DNA from: Bacillus sp. FJAT-27916
GTDB lineage: Bacteria > Bacillota > Bacilli > Bacillales > Pradoshiaceae
Length of the DNA: 24,000 nt
Reading direction: 5' to 3'
NCBI RefSeq assembly: GCF_001183965.1
Contig: NZ_LFZV01000001.1
Location: 1,198,438-1,222,437, forward strand
This document shows positions 8,665 through 17,337 of this stretch, piece by piece; position 1 is the stretch's first letter, and each line of letters starts with the position of its first letter. Under the pieces are notes generated by a model. It was not told the DNA's origin and did not search any database. It worked only from the letters and a program-made list of their open reading frames with translations. The translations under genes and the position numbers were made by a program.

Positions 8665-9588
8665 ATGGAAGGAGTATTGGAAATGCTGCCCAAGGCTATT
8701 CTCGCTGACATGACGGGAATGACCTTGAATGAAGAGGATGTGGAGGAAATCCGTATCCGTGTCGGAAGGCCGCTCGAAGTCATGGCAGGCAGACAGGTTC
8801 ATTACGGGAGACGGCCCGTCGGACGGGAGGAGGCTGAGATCTTCATGAACAAAATCAGTCAATTTTCTTTCTATATGCTCGATGAAGAATTGAAGAGGGG
8901 CTATATCACCATTAAGGGAGGACATCGAATTGGCATCGCGGGGAAGGTGATTCTTGAAAATGGCAGTGTGAAGGGGATACGGGAGGTCACCTTTTTTAAT
9001 ATTCGAATTGCCAGACAGAAGAAAGGACTTTCAGAGGGGTGGATACCCTACTTGTACCAAGGGCGGTGGTTATCCACTTTAGTCATCGGTCCGCCTCAAT
9101 CAGGAAAGACAACCTTTCTGCGAGATTTAGCCCGGATTGCCTCGACAGGAGATGAAAGGCACCGGATTTCGCCTAAGAAGGTTGGGATCATAGATGAACG
9201 TTCGGAAATAGCGGGATGTGTTCACGGGGTGCCGCAGATGGAATTCGGTATCCGAGTAGACGTGCTTGATGCCTGTCCAAAGGCGGAAGGAATGATGATG
9301 ATGATTCGATCCATGAGTCCAGACATTCTCGTAGCAGATGAAATAGGAAGAAGAGAGGACAGAGATGCTGTCATGGAAGCGGTCAATGCAGGTACCGCTC
9401 TCTTTATCACAGCTCATGGTCATAGTTTAGAGGATATTCTGTCAAGACCCAGTATGAAAGCAATTATTACAGAGGCGCAGTTTGAACGGTTTATCGAACT
9501 TGCGCGGATAGACAAGCCGGGGTGTGTGGTCAAGGTCAGAGATGGAACAGGAAAAATCTTATATGACGGAGAAAGAGTGAGGACATGA
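8665..9588 (+). CDS. spoIIIAA: Stage III sporulation protein AA (secretion-type ATPase)
   Basis: 307 aa with Walker A GPPQSGKTT and Walker B ILVADEIG. It is the first gene of an 8-gene colinear spoIIIA cluster. An alternative start at ATG 8683 has better SD spacing (GGAAGGAG plus 8 nt). Confidence 0.93.
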   Translation: MEGVLEMLPKAILADMTGMTLNEEDVEEIRIRVGRPLEVMAGRQVHYGRRPVGREEAEIFMNKISQFSFYMLDEELKRGYITIKGGHRIGIAGKVILENGSVKGIREVTFFNIRIARQKKGLSEGWIPYLYQGRWLSTLVIGPPQSGKTTFLRDLARIASTGDERHRISPKKVGIIDERSEIAGCVHGVPQMEFGIRVDVLDACPKAEGMMMMIRSMSPDILVADEIGRREDRDAVMEAVNAGTALFITAHGHSLEDILSRPSMKAIITEAQFERFIELARIDKPGCVVKVRDGTGKILYDGERVRT

Positions 9589-10100
9589 TTAAACTACTTG
9601 GTGCCGTGCTGATCGTTTTTTCAACCTCCTGGATAGGGTGGGATTTCTCGAAACGGCTGATTGCCCGACCTAAGCAAATACGGGATTTGAGGGCTGCATT
9701 GCAAATCTTGGAGGCAGAAATCATGTATGGTCACATGCCGCTAAGGGAAGCTGTTTTGAAATTGGCCAAGCAAATTCCCGAGCCGGTTGCAAGAGGCTTT
9801 ACCTTGTTTGCAGATTACTTGAACGAAGAAAATCAGACGGTCACGAATGCCTGGCGTCAAAGTATCGAGGAAATGATGAAATGGACTGAGCTTGAGGATA
9901 AAGAGGCCGAAATCCTTCTTCAGTTTGGAGAGACTCTTGGAAAGCATGATCGGGATACGCAGCGGAAACAAATTCAACTGGCATTGACACATCTCGAGCG
10001 GGAGGAAATGCTGGCACTCGATAAACAAATGAAATACGACAAGATGGTGAAAAGTCTTGGTTTCTTCTCAGGTCTTTTAATTGCCATCCTATTGTTGTGA
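9585..10100 (+). CDS. spoIIIAB: Stage III sporulation protein AB
   Basis: 171 aa with terminal TM segments and an internal soluble domain. ATGA overlaps the spoIIIAA stop. Position 2 of the operon. Confidence 0.9.
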   Translation: MIKLLGAVLIVFSTSWIGWDFSKRLIARPKQIRDLRAALQILEAEIMYGHMPLREAVLKLAKQIPEPVARGFTLFADYLNEENQTVTNAWRQSIEEMMKWTELEDKEAEILLQFGETLGKHDRDTQRKQIQLALTHLEREEMLALDKQMKYDKMVKSLGFFSGLLIAILLL

Positions 10101-10122
10101 TGAATAGGGGGAAATGAGCGGA

Positions 10123-10326
10123 ATGGGCATCGATATTGATATTATTTTTAAAATTGCGGGTGTTGGACTGATTGTCGCGTTCATTCATACGATTCTCGAT
10201 CAAGTCGGCAAGAAGGAGTATTCACAATGGGTAATCTTGGTCAGCTTTATTTATATTTTGTTCAATGTTGCCCAAGTTGTCGGGCAGCTGATTGACCGGA
10301 TTAAATCCGTATTCCTATTTCAATAG
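10123..10326 (+). CDS. spoIIIAC: Stage III sporulation protein AC
   Basis: The 67-aa two-TM protein reads MGIDIDIIFKIAGVGLIVAFIHTILDQVGKKEY...VFLFQ and closely resembles B. subtilis SpoIIIAC. ATG 10123 lies 10 nt after AGGGGGA. The track start at 10114 is only 1 nt after the SD. Confidence 0.9.
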   Translation: MGIDIDIIFKIAGVGLIVAFIHTILDQVGKKEYSQWVILVSFIYILFNVAQVVGQLIDRIKSVFLFQ

Positions 10327-10351
10327 AAGCTTGGGGTGATGAGCCATCGAA

Positions 10352-10735
10352 ATGCTGCAAATAACCGGTGTAGCCCTGATTGGGGCGTTCCTTGCCATGA
10401 TTATAAAGGAGCAAAAGCCAAATCTCGCCTTTTTGCTTGTTGTCTTTGTTGGAAGCTCAATCTTTTTATTCCTAGTCGACAAGATTTACGAAATCATCCA
10501 AATGGTTCAACAATTGGCCGTAAACGCCAATGTGAACATGGTGTATTTATCAACTGTACTGAAAATTATCGGAATTGCCTATATCGCGGAGTTTACGTCT
10601 CAAATCACGAAGGATGCCGGGATGGGGGCGATTGCCTCCAAGATTGAGCTCGCAGGAAAAATTCTTATCCTGACGATGGCAATCCCAATCTTGAGCGTAA
10701 TTATCGAGAGCATCATCCAGATGATCCCGAATTAA
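10352..10735 (+). CDS. spoIIIAD: Stage III sporulation protein AD
   Basis: 127-aa membrane protein. The conserved KEQKP, NANVNMVY, LKIIGIAYIAEF, TKDAG.GAIASKIELAGKILIL block matches SpoIIIAD. An in-frame stop lies 4 codons upstream of the ATG. Confidence 0.92.
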   Translation: MLQITGVALIGAFLAMIIKEQKPNLAFLLVVFVGSSIFLFLVDKIYEIIQMVQQLAVNANVNMVYLSTVLKIIGIAYIAEFTSQITKDAGMGAIASKIELAGKILILTMAIPILSVIIESIIQMIPN

Positions 10736-10775
10736 CTCCCGGATTGGGAAGCAATTAAAGGGGCTGAATATTTAT

Positions 10776-11975
10776 ATGAAGCATTTTTTGCGGACAAGCA
10801 TTCTACTCTTCATTCTTCTATTTCTTTGCAGCTATAGCCAGCAAGTGTTGGCTGCCCCGGGAACAACGACCGTAAACACGCAGCAAGAGGAGGCGGTTGA
10901 AACATTCGGTGTGGAGGACATTCCGCTTGATGACTTAAAACAGTTTTGGGATTCGGTCTATGACCAATATGGCGGTTTTCTACCGGAATCTCAAAAAGGG
11001 AGTTTCTTCGATTTCATCAGCGGCGAAAAAAAATTCTCCTTTAAGGAGTGGCTTTCTGGAATCATTCAGTTTATCTTTCATGAGTTAATCGCGAATGGAA
11101 AGCTGCTTGGAACGCTCATTCTGCTGACGGTGTTCAGTGTCTTTCTCCAATCTTTGCAAAGTACCTTTGAGAAGACATCTGTCAGCAAGGTGGCAAACTC
11201 GATTGTTTTTATGGTTTTAATGATTATTGCACTGAACAGTTTCTATGTGGCAGTCAATTATGTCACCTCGACAATTTCACAGATTACCGATTTTCTGATT
11301 GCACTAGTGCCGCTACTATTAGCTCTGATTGCAAGCTCAGGCGGCGTCCTCTCTGCGGCCTTCTTTCATCCGATGCTCTTATTCCTCATGAACACGAGCG
11401 GTGCCCTGATTGAGTACATCGTCTTGCCGCTGCTCTTCCTCTCAACCTTACTGAGCATTGTCAGCATGCTGTCAGAGCATTATAAGGTGACCCAGCTGGC
11501 CGGACTGTTACGAACATGGAGCGTTGGTCTTTTAGGAATTTTCATGACTGTTTTTCTTGGTGTAATCTCGGTTCAAGGAATTTCAACAGCGGTTGCTGAT
11601 GGAATCGGCCTGCGTACGGCTAAATTCCTGGCAGGAAATTTCATCCCGGTCATCGGACGGATGTTCACGGACGCTGCGGATACAGTCATAGGGGCATCTC
11701 TGCTCTTAAAGAACACAGTCGGAATTGCTGGTGTGGTCATGCTTTTGATTATGGCTGCATTTCCTGCTTTGAAGATCCTGTTGATTGCTCTCGTTTATAA
11801 ATTTGCCGCTGCCATCTTACAGCCTCTTGGGGCAGGTCCCATTATTAAATGCTTAGATGTGATTGGCAAGAATATCATTTATGTCTTTGCTGCATTGGCC
11901 ATTGTCAGTCTTATGTTCTTTCTGACGGTCACGGTAATTGTTGCTGCTGGAAATGTCACAATGATGGTTCGATAG
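10776..11975 (+). CDS. spoIIIAE: Stage III sporulation protein AE
   Basis: 399 aa with a signal peptide (…QQVLAAPG) followed by a polytopic membrane domain. Position 5 of the operon. Confidence 0.92.
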   Translation: MKHFLRTSILLFILLFLCSYSQQVLAAPGTTTVNTQQEEAVETFGVEDIPLDDLKQFWDSVYDQYGGFLPESQKGSFFDFISGEKKFSFKEWLSGIIQFIFHELIANGKLLGTLILLTVFSVFLQSLQSTFEKTSVSKVANSIVFMVLMIIALNSFYVAVNYVTSTISQITDFLIALVPLLLALIASSGGVLSAAFFHPMLLFLMNTSGALIEYIVLPLLFLSTLLSIVSMLSEHYKVTQLAGLLRTWSVGLLGIFMTVFLGVISVQGISTAVADGIGLRTAKFLAGNFIPVIGRMFTDAADTVIGASLLLKNTVGIAGVVMLLIMAAFPALKILLIALVYKFAAAILQPLGAGPIIKCLDVIGKNIIYVFAALAIVSLMFFLTVTVIVAAGNVTMMVR

Positions 11976-11988
11976 GAGGGAGCTGTCC

Positions 11989-12612
11989 ATGTCTTTTTTG
12001 ACAACATGGGTGACCAATATTATTGTTTTCATCTTATTCGCTGTTGTGCTGGACATGCTCCTTCCCAATTCATCGATGCAGAAGTACACCAAGCTTGTGG
12101 TTGGGTTATTGCTGACAGCCATCTTTTTAACCCCGATTCTTACCTTGCTTAAACAGGACTTCACCAGTGATATTCAGCATAAAATCATGTCCAACGGGGT
12201 TTGGGGCAATCAGGAAATGGAAAATTCGCTGGAATCGAAGAAAAAAGAAATAGAAGAGACGCAGCAAGCATATATATTGGAACAGATGGCTGTCCAACTG
12301 AAAAGTGAAGCAGAAAAGGAGCTGACAGAAAGGAGTGGGTACGAAATCCAAGATGTGGAGATCCGGCTCATCAATCCTAAAGGGGAGATGAAGGAGGAAA
12401 ACATCGAGTCCATTCATGTCACCCTCGTAGAACAGAGCAAGGAAGAGGCAGAGGGTGTACAACCTGTAGAGAAGGTTGACATTGACTTAGAAGAACAGCA
12501 ATCGCTTATAACCGCACCTTCACCCCAGATACAGGAAATTTTGTCGGAGAAATGGGGAGTTAGCAGCAGCAAATTAATAATCGAAATCAATGAAGGGGGT
12601 GATGGTCTTTGA
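11989..12612 (+). CDS. spoIIIAF: Stage III sporulation protein AF
   Basis: 207 aa with two N-terminal TM helices and a Glu/Lys-rich soluble domain. SD is GGAGGGAG. Confidence 0.9.
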   Translation: MSFLTTWVTNIIVFILFAVVLDMLLPNSSMQKYTKLVVGLLLTAIFLTPILTLLKQDFTSDIQHKIMSNGVWGNQEMENSLESKKKEIEETQQAYILEQMAVQLKSEAEKELTERSGYEIQDVEIRLINPKGEMKEENIESIHVTLVEQSKEEAEGVQPVEKVDIDLEEQQSLITAPSPQIQEILSEKWGVSSSKLIIEINEGGDGL

Positions 12613-13259
12613 ATAAAGAAAAACTGAACAAACTCAAAGGGATGTTTATGAAACAGGATGGAGACGGAAAGAAACCGCCATATCGGAATATTGCCATCCT
12701 GCTTCTGGCCGGCATCCTGCTGATGGTCAGCAGCCTGTTTATCAATCGGGGGGATGAGACAAAGGACAAGACCAACGCGGTGTTTGAGGCGGCCAGCAAG
12801 GAAGTGAAGGAGGACGCAGCTGAAACATTCGGCTCCGGCAATTCCAAGAAAACCGGCACGATTGCTTCTATTGAGAAAGCTTATGAAAGCGAGCTGAAGG
12901 AAACCCTTGAGACGATGAATGGAGTTTCTAATGTATCCGTGATTGTCAATGTCGACTCGACGGAGGAAAAAGTGTATGAGAAAAATGCCGTATCCCAGCA
13001 TCAAATCACGGAGGAAACTGACCGTGACGGGGGAGAAAGAAAGGTAGAGGATTTCTCAACCGATGAGAAGGTTGTCATCATCCGGGAAGGTGACAAGGAG
13101 GTCCCGCTTGTTCAGCAAACAAAAAAACCCACCATCAGGGGAGTACTGATTGTTGCCAAGGGAGCAGATAATATCAGCATAAAAAAGGAAATAGTAGAAG
13201 CTGTCACACGCGTGCTTGATGTACCAAGCCATCGTGTTGCTGTTAGTGCCAAAAAATAA
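12609..13259 (+). CDS. spoIIIAG: Stage III sporulation protein AG
   Basis: 216 aa with one TM helix, then a ring-building-type C-domain (VSNVSVIVNVDS..., IRGVLIVAKGA..., VLDVPSHRV). TTG start overlaps the spoIIIAF stop (TTGA) and follows GAAGGGGGTGATGG. Confidence 0.9.
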   Translation: MNKEKLNKLKGMFMKQDGDGKKPPYRNIAILLLAGILLMVSSLFINRGDETKDKTNAVFEAASKEVKEDAAETFGSGNSKKTGTIASIEKAYESELKETLETMNGVSNVSVIVNVDSTEEKVYEKNAVSQHQITEETDRDGGERKVEDFSTDEKVVIIREGDKEVPLVQQTKKPTIRGVLIVAKGADNISIKKEIVEAVTRVLDVPSHRVAVSAKK

Positions 13260-13282
13260 CGAAATAAGAGGAGGAACTATCC

Positions 13283-13822
13283 GTGTTGCTAAGAAAACAA
13301 ACAGTATGGTTGTTGACAATGTTAAGTTTGGTGGCGGTCTTGAGTGTCTACTATATTACTTCTCCGCAGGAAACTACTGTGAATCAGGAAGCACAGGAGG
13401 AGACGGAAAACGGAAAAGGCGGGGATAGCGGCAATGCTGAACAATCCACTGTCGTATCTAATGAGGCAAGTGATTCTGCGTTTGAGGCGATGCGCATGGA
13501 CTTGAATGATGAGCGCAGCAAGGAGAAGGAACAGCTGACTGAAAAGGTAGCATCAAGCGATCTGTCAGAGGAAGAGCGGGTAGACGCGCATGAGCAGATT
13601 GAGCAGCTGGATGAATTGTCGACAAAAGAGGATATGCTTGAATCAATGATTGTCGCCTTAGGATATAAGGATGCGTTAGTGAGGGCAGACAATAACCAAA
13701 TCCAAATCACTGTTAAAGCAGAGAAGCCTAATGCTGAGGCTGCTAACAAAATCATTCAAATGGTCACTAAGGAAATCGGCAAGACAAATGCTGTTGCAGT
13801 AGAATTTCAGCCGGAAAAATAA
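13283..13822 (+). CDS. spoIIIAH: Stage III sporulation protein AH
   Basis: 179 aa. The N-terminus MLLRKQTVWLLTMLSLVAVLSVYYITSP is nearly identical to B. subtilis SpoIIIAH. GTG start follows AGAGGAGGA. Confidence 0.92.
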   Translation: MLLRKQTVWLLTMLSLVAVLSVYYITSPQETTVNQEAQEETENGKGGDSGNAEQSTVVSNEASDSAFEAMRMDLNDERSKEKEQLTEKVASSDLSEEERVDAHEQIEQLDELSTKEDMLESMIVALGYKDALVRADNNQIQITVKAEKPNAEAANKIIQMVTKEIGKTNAVAVEFQPEK

Positions 13823-13829
13823 ATCAATA

Positions 13830-13890
13830 AAACAGTTGAATGAACAGGTGGAAAGGCCGATTTGGTTTTTCAATCTGTTTTTTCTTTTTG
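13830..13890 (+). terminator. Weak terminator-like hairpin after spoIIIAH
   Basis: AAACAGTTGAA (13830-13840) pairs imperfectly with TTCAATCTGTTT (13869-13880). The loop is large (~28 nt). TTTTTCTTTTT follows. Confidence 0.35.
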
Positions 13891-14128
13891 GGGTAAAGGT
13901 TTCGACCGGCTGTGTTGAAGGAGCGTATAACAAACCTTGCAGGGAATTAGAGTATGTACCCTCCCGCTCCATCTTGGCCGTTATTACGTAAATAATCTTT
14001 ATTAAATCTTTTCGAATAAGCTAATATTTCCGCCTAACTGTTTTTCTGCGAAAGAGTAAGGTGGCTAGGCAGTCATGAGAGAGTGAAAAAAATTATAAAT
14101 GTGTAGAGTTATGTGTCAAAAGTTTTTT

Positions 14129-14157
14129 TTGACATTGACTATTTATATAACAATATT
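14129..14157 (+). promoter_or_regulatory. Candidate sigma-A promoter (distal) in spoIIIAH-accB spacer
   Basis: Perfect TTGACA (14129-14134), a 17-nt spacer, then AATATT (14152-14157, 4/6 to TATAAT). The TTGACA is part of an inverted repeat TGTCAAAA/TTTTGACA. Confidence 0.3.
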
Positions 14158-14158
14158 T

Positions 14159-14177
14159 TTTAATGATAATCATTATA
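14159..14177. promoter_or_regulatory. Fur-box-like operator (perfect 7-1-7 palindrome TAATGAT-A-ATCATTA)
   Basis: TTTAATGATAATCATTATA matches the classical 19-bp Fur consensus GATAATGATAATCATTATC at 16/19 positions, counted by hand. The internal 15 nt (14161-14175) form a perfect inverted repeat. The site starts 2 nt after the distal candidate -10. Confidence 0.35.
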
Positions 14178-14247
14178 TTTATATATAAAATTTTGGCAGT
14201 TTTAAAGCAGAGAAGTTCCTGGGCTGCTGATATCAGTCTTTTAACCG

Positions 14248-14276
14248 TTCACTTTTCTGCCAAAAAATATTATGAT
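14248..14276 (+). promoter_or_regulatory. Candidate sigma-A promoter (proximal) for accBC
   Basis: TTCACT (14248-14253), a 17-nt spacer, then TATGAT (14271-14276). It lies ~75 nt upstream of the accB start. Confidence 0.35.
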
Positions 14277-14348
14277 AGGCTTATATGGTATTTTTTACAT
14301 ATTCATGCTTTTATGAATTATTTTGTAAATAACTAGGAGGGCTGAATC

Positions 14349-14858
14349 TTGATGAAGGTACAGGAAATACGTGAAATCATTAGATTAATCGATCAAACAA
14401 GTATTGATGAATTTGTCTTTGAACAAGAGGGGACCAGACTTGAAATCAAAAGAGGGGCAAAGGAAAAACTTGAAGCCGCCTCAGCCTCTGTTCCAGAAGT
14501 TGTGAAAGCTCCAGCTGCCCAAGCAGAGCCGCCTCAGCCTGCCGAAGCACCGGCAGCAAGCCCGGCGCCAATACAGTCAGGTGAAGCTTCCTTGCCAGCG
14601 GTCAAGGATGAGACAAGCTATCATAAGATTACGTCCCCAATGGTTGGAACCTTTTACAAGGCCTCCTCACCTGATGATGATCCATTTGTGAAGGTTGGAG
14701 ACCGAGTAGGGAACGAATCCGTTGTCTGCATCGTTGAAGCAATGAAATTATTTAATGAAATTGAAGCGGAAGTATCCGGTGAAATCAAGGGAATTCTTGT
14801 AGAGGACGGCCAATTGGTTGAATACGGACAGCCTTTATTCTTGGTAAAACCCGAATAG
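14349..14858 (+). CDS. accB: Acetyl-CoA carboxylase biotin carboxyl carrier protein
   Basis: 169 aa with an Ala/Pro-rich linker and the biotinyl-lysine motif [16 protein letters not shown] is TAGGAGGG. The start is TTG 14349 or the adjacent ATG 14352. Confidence 0.95.
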   Translation: MMKVQEIREIIRLIDQTSIDEFVFEQEGTRLEIKRGAKEKLEAASASVPEVVKAPAAQAEPPQPAEAPAASPAPIQSGEASLPAVKDETSYHKITSPMVGTFYKASSPDDDPFVKVGDRVGNESVVCIVEAMKLFNEIEAEVSGEIKGILVEDGQLVEYGQPLFLVKPE

Positions 14859-14868
14859 GAGGAACAAG

Positions 14869-16221
14869 ATGATTAAAAAAGTTCTAATTGCCAATCGGGG
14901 CGAAATAGCGGTCCGAATTATTCGGGCATGTAAAGAAATGGACATTGAAACAGTTGCGGTTTATTCAGAGGCAGACAAGACAGCCTTGCATGTACAATTA
15001 GCGGATGAAGCTTACTGTATTGGTCCGACCACATCAAAAGACAGCTACTTAAATACAACAAACATTATAAGCCTGGCGAAGCTGACAGACTGTGATGCCA
15101 TTCATCCGGGATACGGATTTTTGGCAGAAAACGCTGATTTCGCTGATATGTGTGAAGAGTGTCATTTAACCTTTATCGGCCCATCCTCTGAGGCCATTTC
15201 AAAAATGGGGACGAAGGATGTAGCCCGTGAGACAATGCGAGCGGCTGGTGTTCCAATCGTTCCCGGCTCAAGAGGGATTGTTGAGGACGAGGAGGCAGCT
15301 GTTAAAACAGCTGAGAGCATTGGCTATCCGGTCATCATTAAAGCGACAGCCGGCGGCGGCGGCAAAGGGATCCGGGTGGCGAAGGATGTGGATGAACTTC
15401 GGAAGGGTTATCGAATCACAAGGCAGGAGGCAGCAACAGCCTTCGGCAATCCGGGTGTATATTTAGAGAAATTCATTGAGGATTTCAGACATGTGGAAAT
15501 CCAGGTACTTGGTGATCATTATGGCAATGTCATTCATCTTGGAGAGCGTGATTGCTCTATTCAAAGACGGCTCCAGAAATTGCTTGAGGAAACTCCTTCA
15601 CCAGCCATTGACAGCGAGATGCGTGATGAAATGGGACAGGCAGCCGTCACTGCTGCGAAGGCTGTACAATATTCCGGTGCCGGTACGGTTGAATTCATTT
15701 ATGATCATGTAAACCGTAAGTTTTATTTCATGGAGATGAATACGCGTATCCAGGTTGAGCACCCTGTAACAGAAATGGTGACAGGGATTGACTTAATCAA
15801 GGAGCAGATTCTTGTTGCATCTGGCGAGAAATTAACCATTCAGCAAGAAGATGTACAAATGAATGGATGGGCGATCGAATGCCGTATAAATGCGGAGAAT
15901 CCGGAGAAGAAATTCATGCCGTCAGCAGGCATGGTGGATATGTATCTTCCTCCTGGAGGCTTTGGCGTCCGGGTTGATTCGGCAGTGTATACCGGTTATT
16001 CTATCCCGCCGTTTTACGATTCTATGGTCGCTAAATTAATCGTCCATGCACCATCAAGGGAAGAAGCAATCAAGAAAATGAAAAGAGCCTTGGATGAGTT
16101 TGTCGTAAAAGGTATTGATACGACAATCCCTTTTCATATAAAATTATTAAATCATGATGTTTTTGTTTCTGGTGATTTTAATACGAAATTCCTTGAAACT
16201 TACGACGTGATGAACTCATAA
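14869..16221 (+). CDS. accC: Acetyl-CoA carboxylase biotin carboxylase subunit
   Basis: 450 aa with the ATP-grasp fold: [39 protein letters not shown]. It lies directly downstream of accB. Confidence 0.97.
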   Translation: MIKKVLIANRGEIAVRIIRACKEMDIETVAVYSEADKTALHVQLADEAYCIGPTTSKDSYLNTTNIISLAKLTDCDAIHPGYGFLAENADFADMCEECHLTFIGPSSEAISKMGTKDVARETMRAAGVPIVPGSRGIVEDEEAAVKTAESIGYPVIIKATAGGGGKGIRVAKDVDELRKGYRITRQEAATAFGNPGVYLEKFIEDFRHVEIQVLGDHYGNVIHLGERDCSIQRRLQKLLEETPSPAIDSEMRDEMGQAAVTAAKAVQYSGAGTVEFIYDHVNRKFYFMEMNTRIQVEHPVTEMVTGIDLIKEQILVASGEKLTIQQEDVQMNGWAIECRINAENPEKKFMPSAGMVDMYLPPGGFGVRVDSAVYTGYSIPPFYDSMVAKLIVHAPSREEAIKKMKRALDEFVVKGIDTTIPFHIKLLNHDVFVSGDFNTKFLETYDVMNS

Positions 16222-16249
16222 TAGAGTAGATGATTTGGAGGTGTTAGAC

Positions 16250-16657
16250 ATGAGTGAAAATCATGCATTGGAAATGGATGGATATGATGGCGGTTTAGGC
16301 AAGGTTGAAATTGCCCCTGAAGTCATTGAAGTAATTGCTGGTTTAGCTGCTTCAGAAGTGGAAGGAATCGCACAAATGAGAGGGAATTTCGCTTCAGGCG
16401 TTGTCGAAAAGCTAGGAAAGAAAAACCACGGAAAAGGCGTCAAGGTTGAGCTTAGTGAAGATGGCATTAAAATAGATGTGTATTGCCTGGTGAAATTCGG
16501 AATCTCCATCCCGAAAGTTGCGCAGGAAGCACAGGATAATATCCGCCAAACGTTACTTAATATGACTGCGCTCGATGCGAATGAAGTAAACATTCACATT
16601 GTCGGCGTACAATTTGAGACAGCAAAAGCTGAACCTGAAGTAGAAGAACAGCATTAA
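16250..16657 (+). CDS. yqhY: Asp23/Gls24-family alkaline-shock-type protein (YqhY-like)
   Basis: 135 aa with typical Asp23-family sequence (GKVEIAPEVIEVIAGLAASEVEGI...). ATG 16250 lies ~6 nt after GGAGGTG. The track start at 16235 is a TTG overlapping that SD. Its position after accC matches B. subtilis. Confidence 0.88.
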   Translation: MSENHALEMDGYDGGLGKVEIAPEVIEVIAGLAASEVEGIAQMRGNFASGVVEKLGKKNHGKGVKVELSEDGIKIDVYCLVKFGISIPKVAQEAQDNIRQTLLNMTALDANEVNIHIVGVQFETAKAEPEVEEQH

Positions 16658-16664
16658 GAACATC

Positions 16665-16712
16665 CATAAGAGACCATGGCCCTTTTTATAGGGTCCTGGT
16701 CTCTTATTGTAT
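16665..16712 (+). terminator. Long hairpin / probable terminator after the Asp23-family gene
   Basis: The 18-bp stem pairs 16665-16682 with 16689-16706, with one mismatch and one G-U. The loop is TTTTAT. The tail TGTATGT is U-poor, so termination efficiency is uncertain. Confidence 0.55.
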
Positions 16713-16906
16713 GTATACGGATGAACGGAGGCGGGAATACTTCATGCGGAGATTCTGTCGTCCATGAGAAAAGAATTTGATGCAGCAATTTCCAAAAAGA
16801 TGACCGCACACTACCTTTCAAGGGCTTGATGTGTTATTATCTTCATATATGAAATGAAGTGCGAGCAGATGCTTCGTATTTTTAGACAAAGGAGTAATAG
16901 TAATTC

Positions 16907-17293
16907 ATGAAACGCAGAGAGGCAAGAGAAAAGGCTCTTCAAGCTCTTTTTCAAATAGATGTAGGGAAAGTCGAAAAAGAAACAGCGCTGGAGCATGTAA
17001 TTGAAGAATCTGAAGCAGATTCTTATCTAATGGAATTGGTAGACGGCGCAACAGACCATGCAGCTGAGGTTGATCGGATGATTGAGTCGAACCTGGAGAA
17101 CTGGAAGCTGGACCGTTTATCGAATATTGACCGTAATATCCTTCGATTGACAACATATGAGCTTCTATACAGCAAGGATGTTCCGCAAAATGCTGCCATC
17201 AATGAAGCTATTGAATTGGCTAAGCTGTTTGGTGATGACCAATCGCCGAAATTCGTGAACGCTGTTTTATCTAAGATTAAGAATTCTTTATAA
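16907..17293 (+). CDS. nusB: Transcription antitermination factor NusB
   Basis: 128 aa beginning [16 protein letters not shown], with [14 protein letters not shown] and [17 protein letters not shown] is AAAGGAG. Confidence 0.95.
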   Translation: MKRREAREKALQALFQIDVGKVEKETALEHVIEESEADSYLMELVDGATDHAAEVDRMIESNLENWKLDRLSNIDRNILRLTTYELLYSKDVPQNAAINEAIELAKLFGDDQSPKFVNAVLSKIKNSL

Positions 17294-17337
17294 AGCTTTG
17301 CTATAAATAGAGAGTGAATTAAGGGGGAGCAGGAGTC

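Noticed and set aside
10336-10647. 103-aa same-strand ORF out of frame with spoIIIAD
   Set aside because: The alternative frame (10352-10735) gives a protein with clear SpoIIIAD conservation and membrane character. This frame gives an Arg/Cys-rich sequence with no recognisable features.
12414-13004. 196-aa antisense ORF spanning the spoIIIAF/spoIIIAG junction
   Set aside because: It lies opposite two well-supported operon genes, has no SD and shows composition typical of antisense frames.
8665-13822. ATPase plus multiple membrane proteins as a novel secretion-like system
   Set aside because: Gene-by-gene it matches the well-known SpoIIIAA-AH sporulation channel, so it is not novel.
13676-13972. 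98-aa minus-strand ORF starting in the spoIIIAH-accB spacer
   Set aside because: It has no SD upstream of its ATG, and about half of it runs antisense through spoIIIAH. It is most likely spurious.
16720-16800. Tiny ORFs (7 and 19 codons) in the asp23-nusB spacer, one preceded by GGAGGCGGG
   Set aside because: They are too short and unsupported, and I cannot assess their conservation. The SD-like string may be coincidental.
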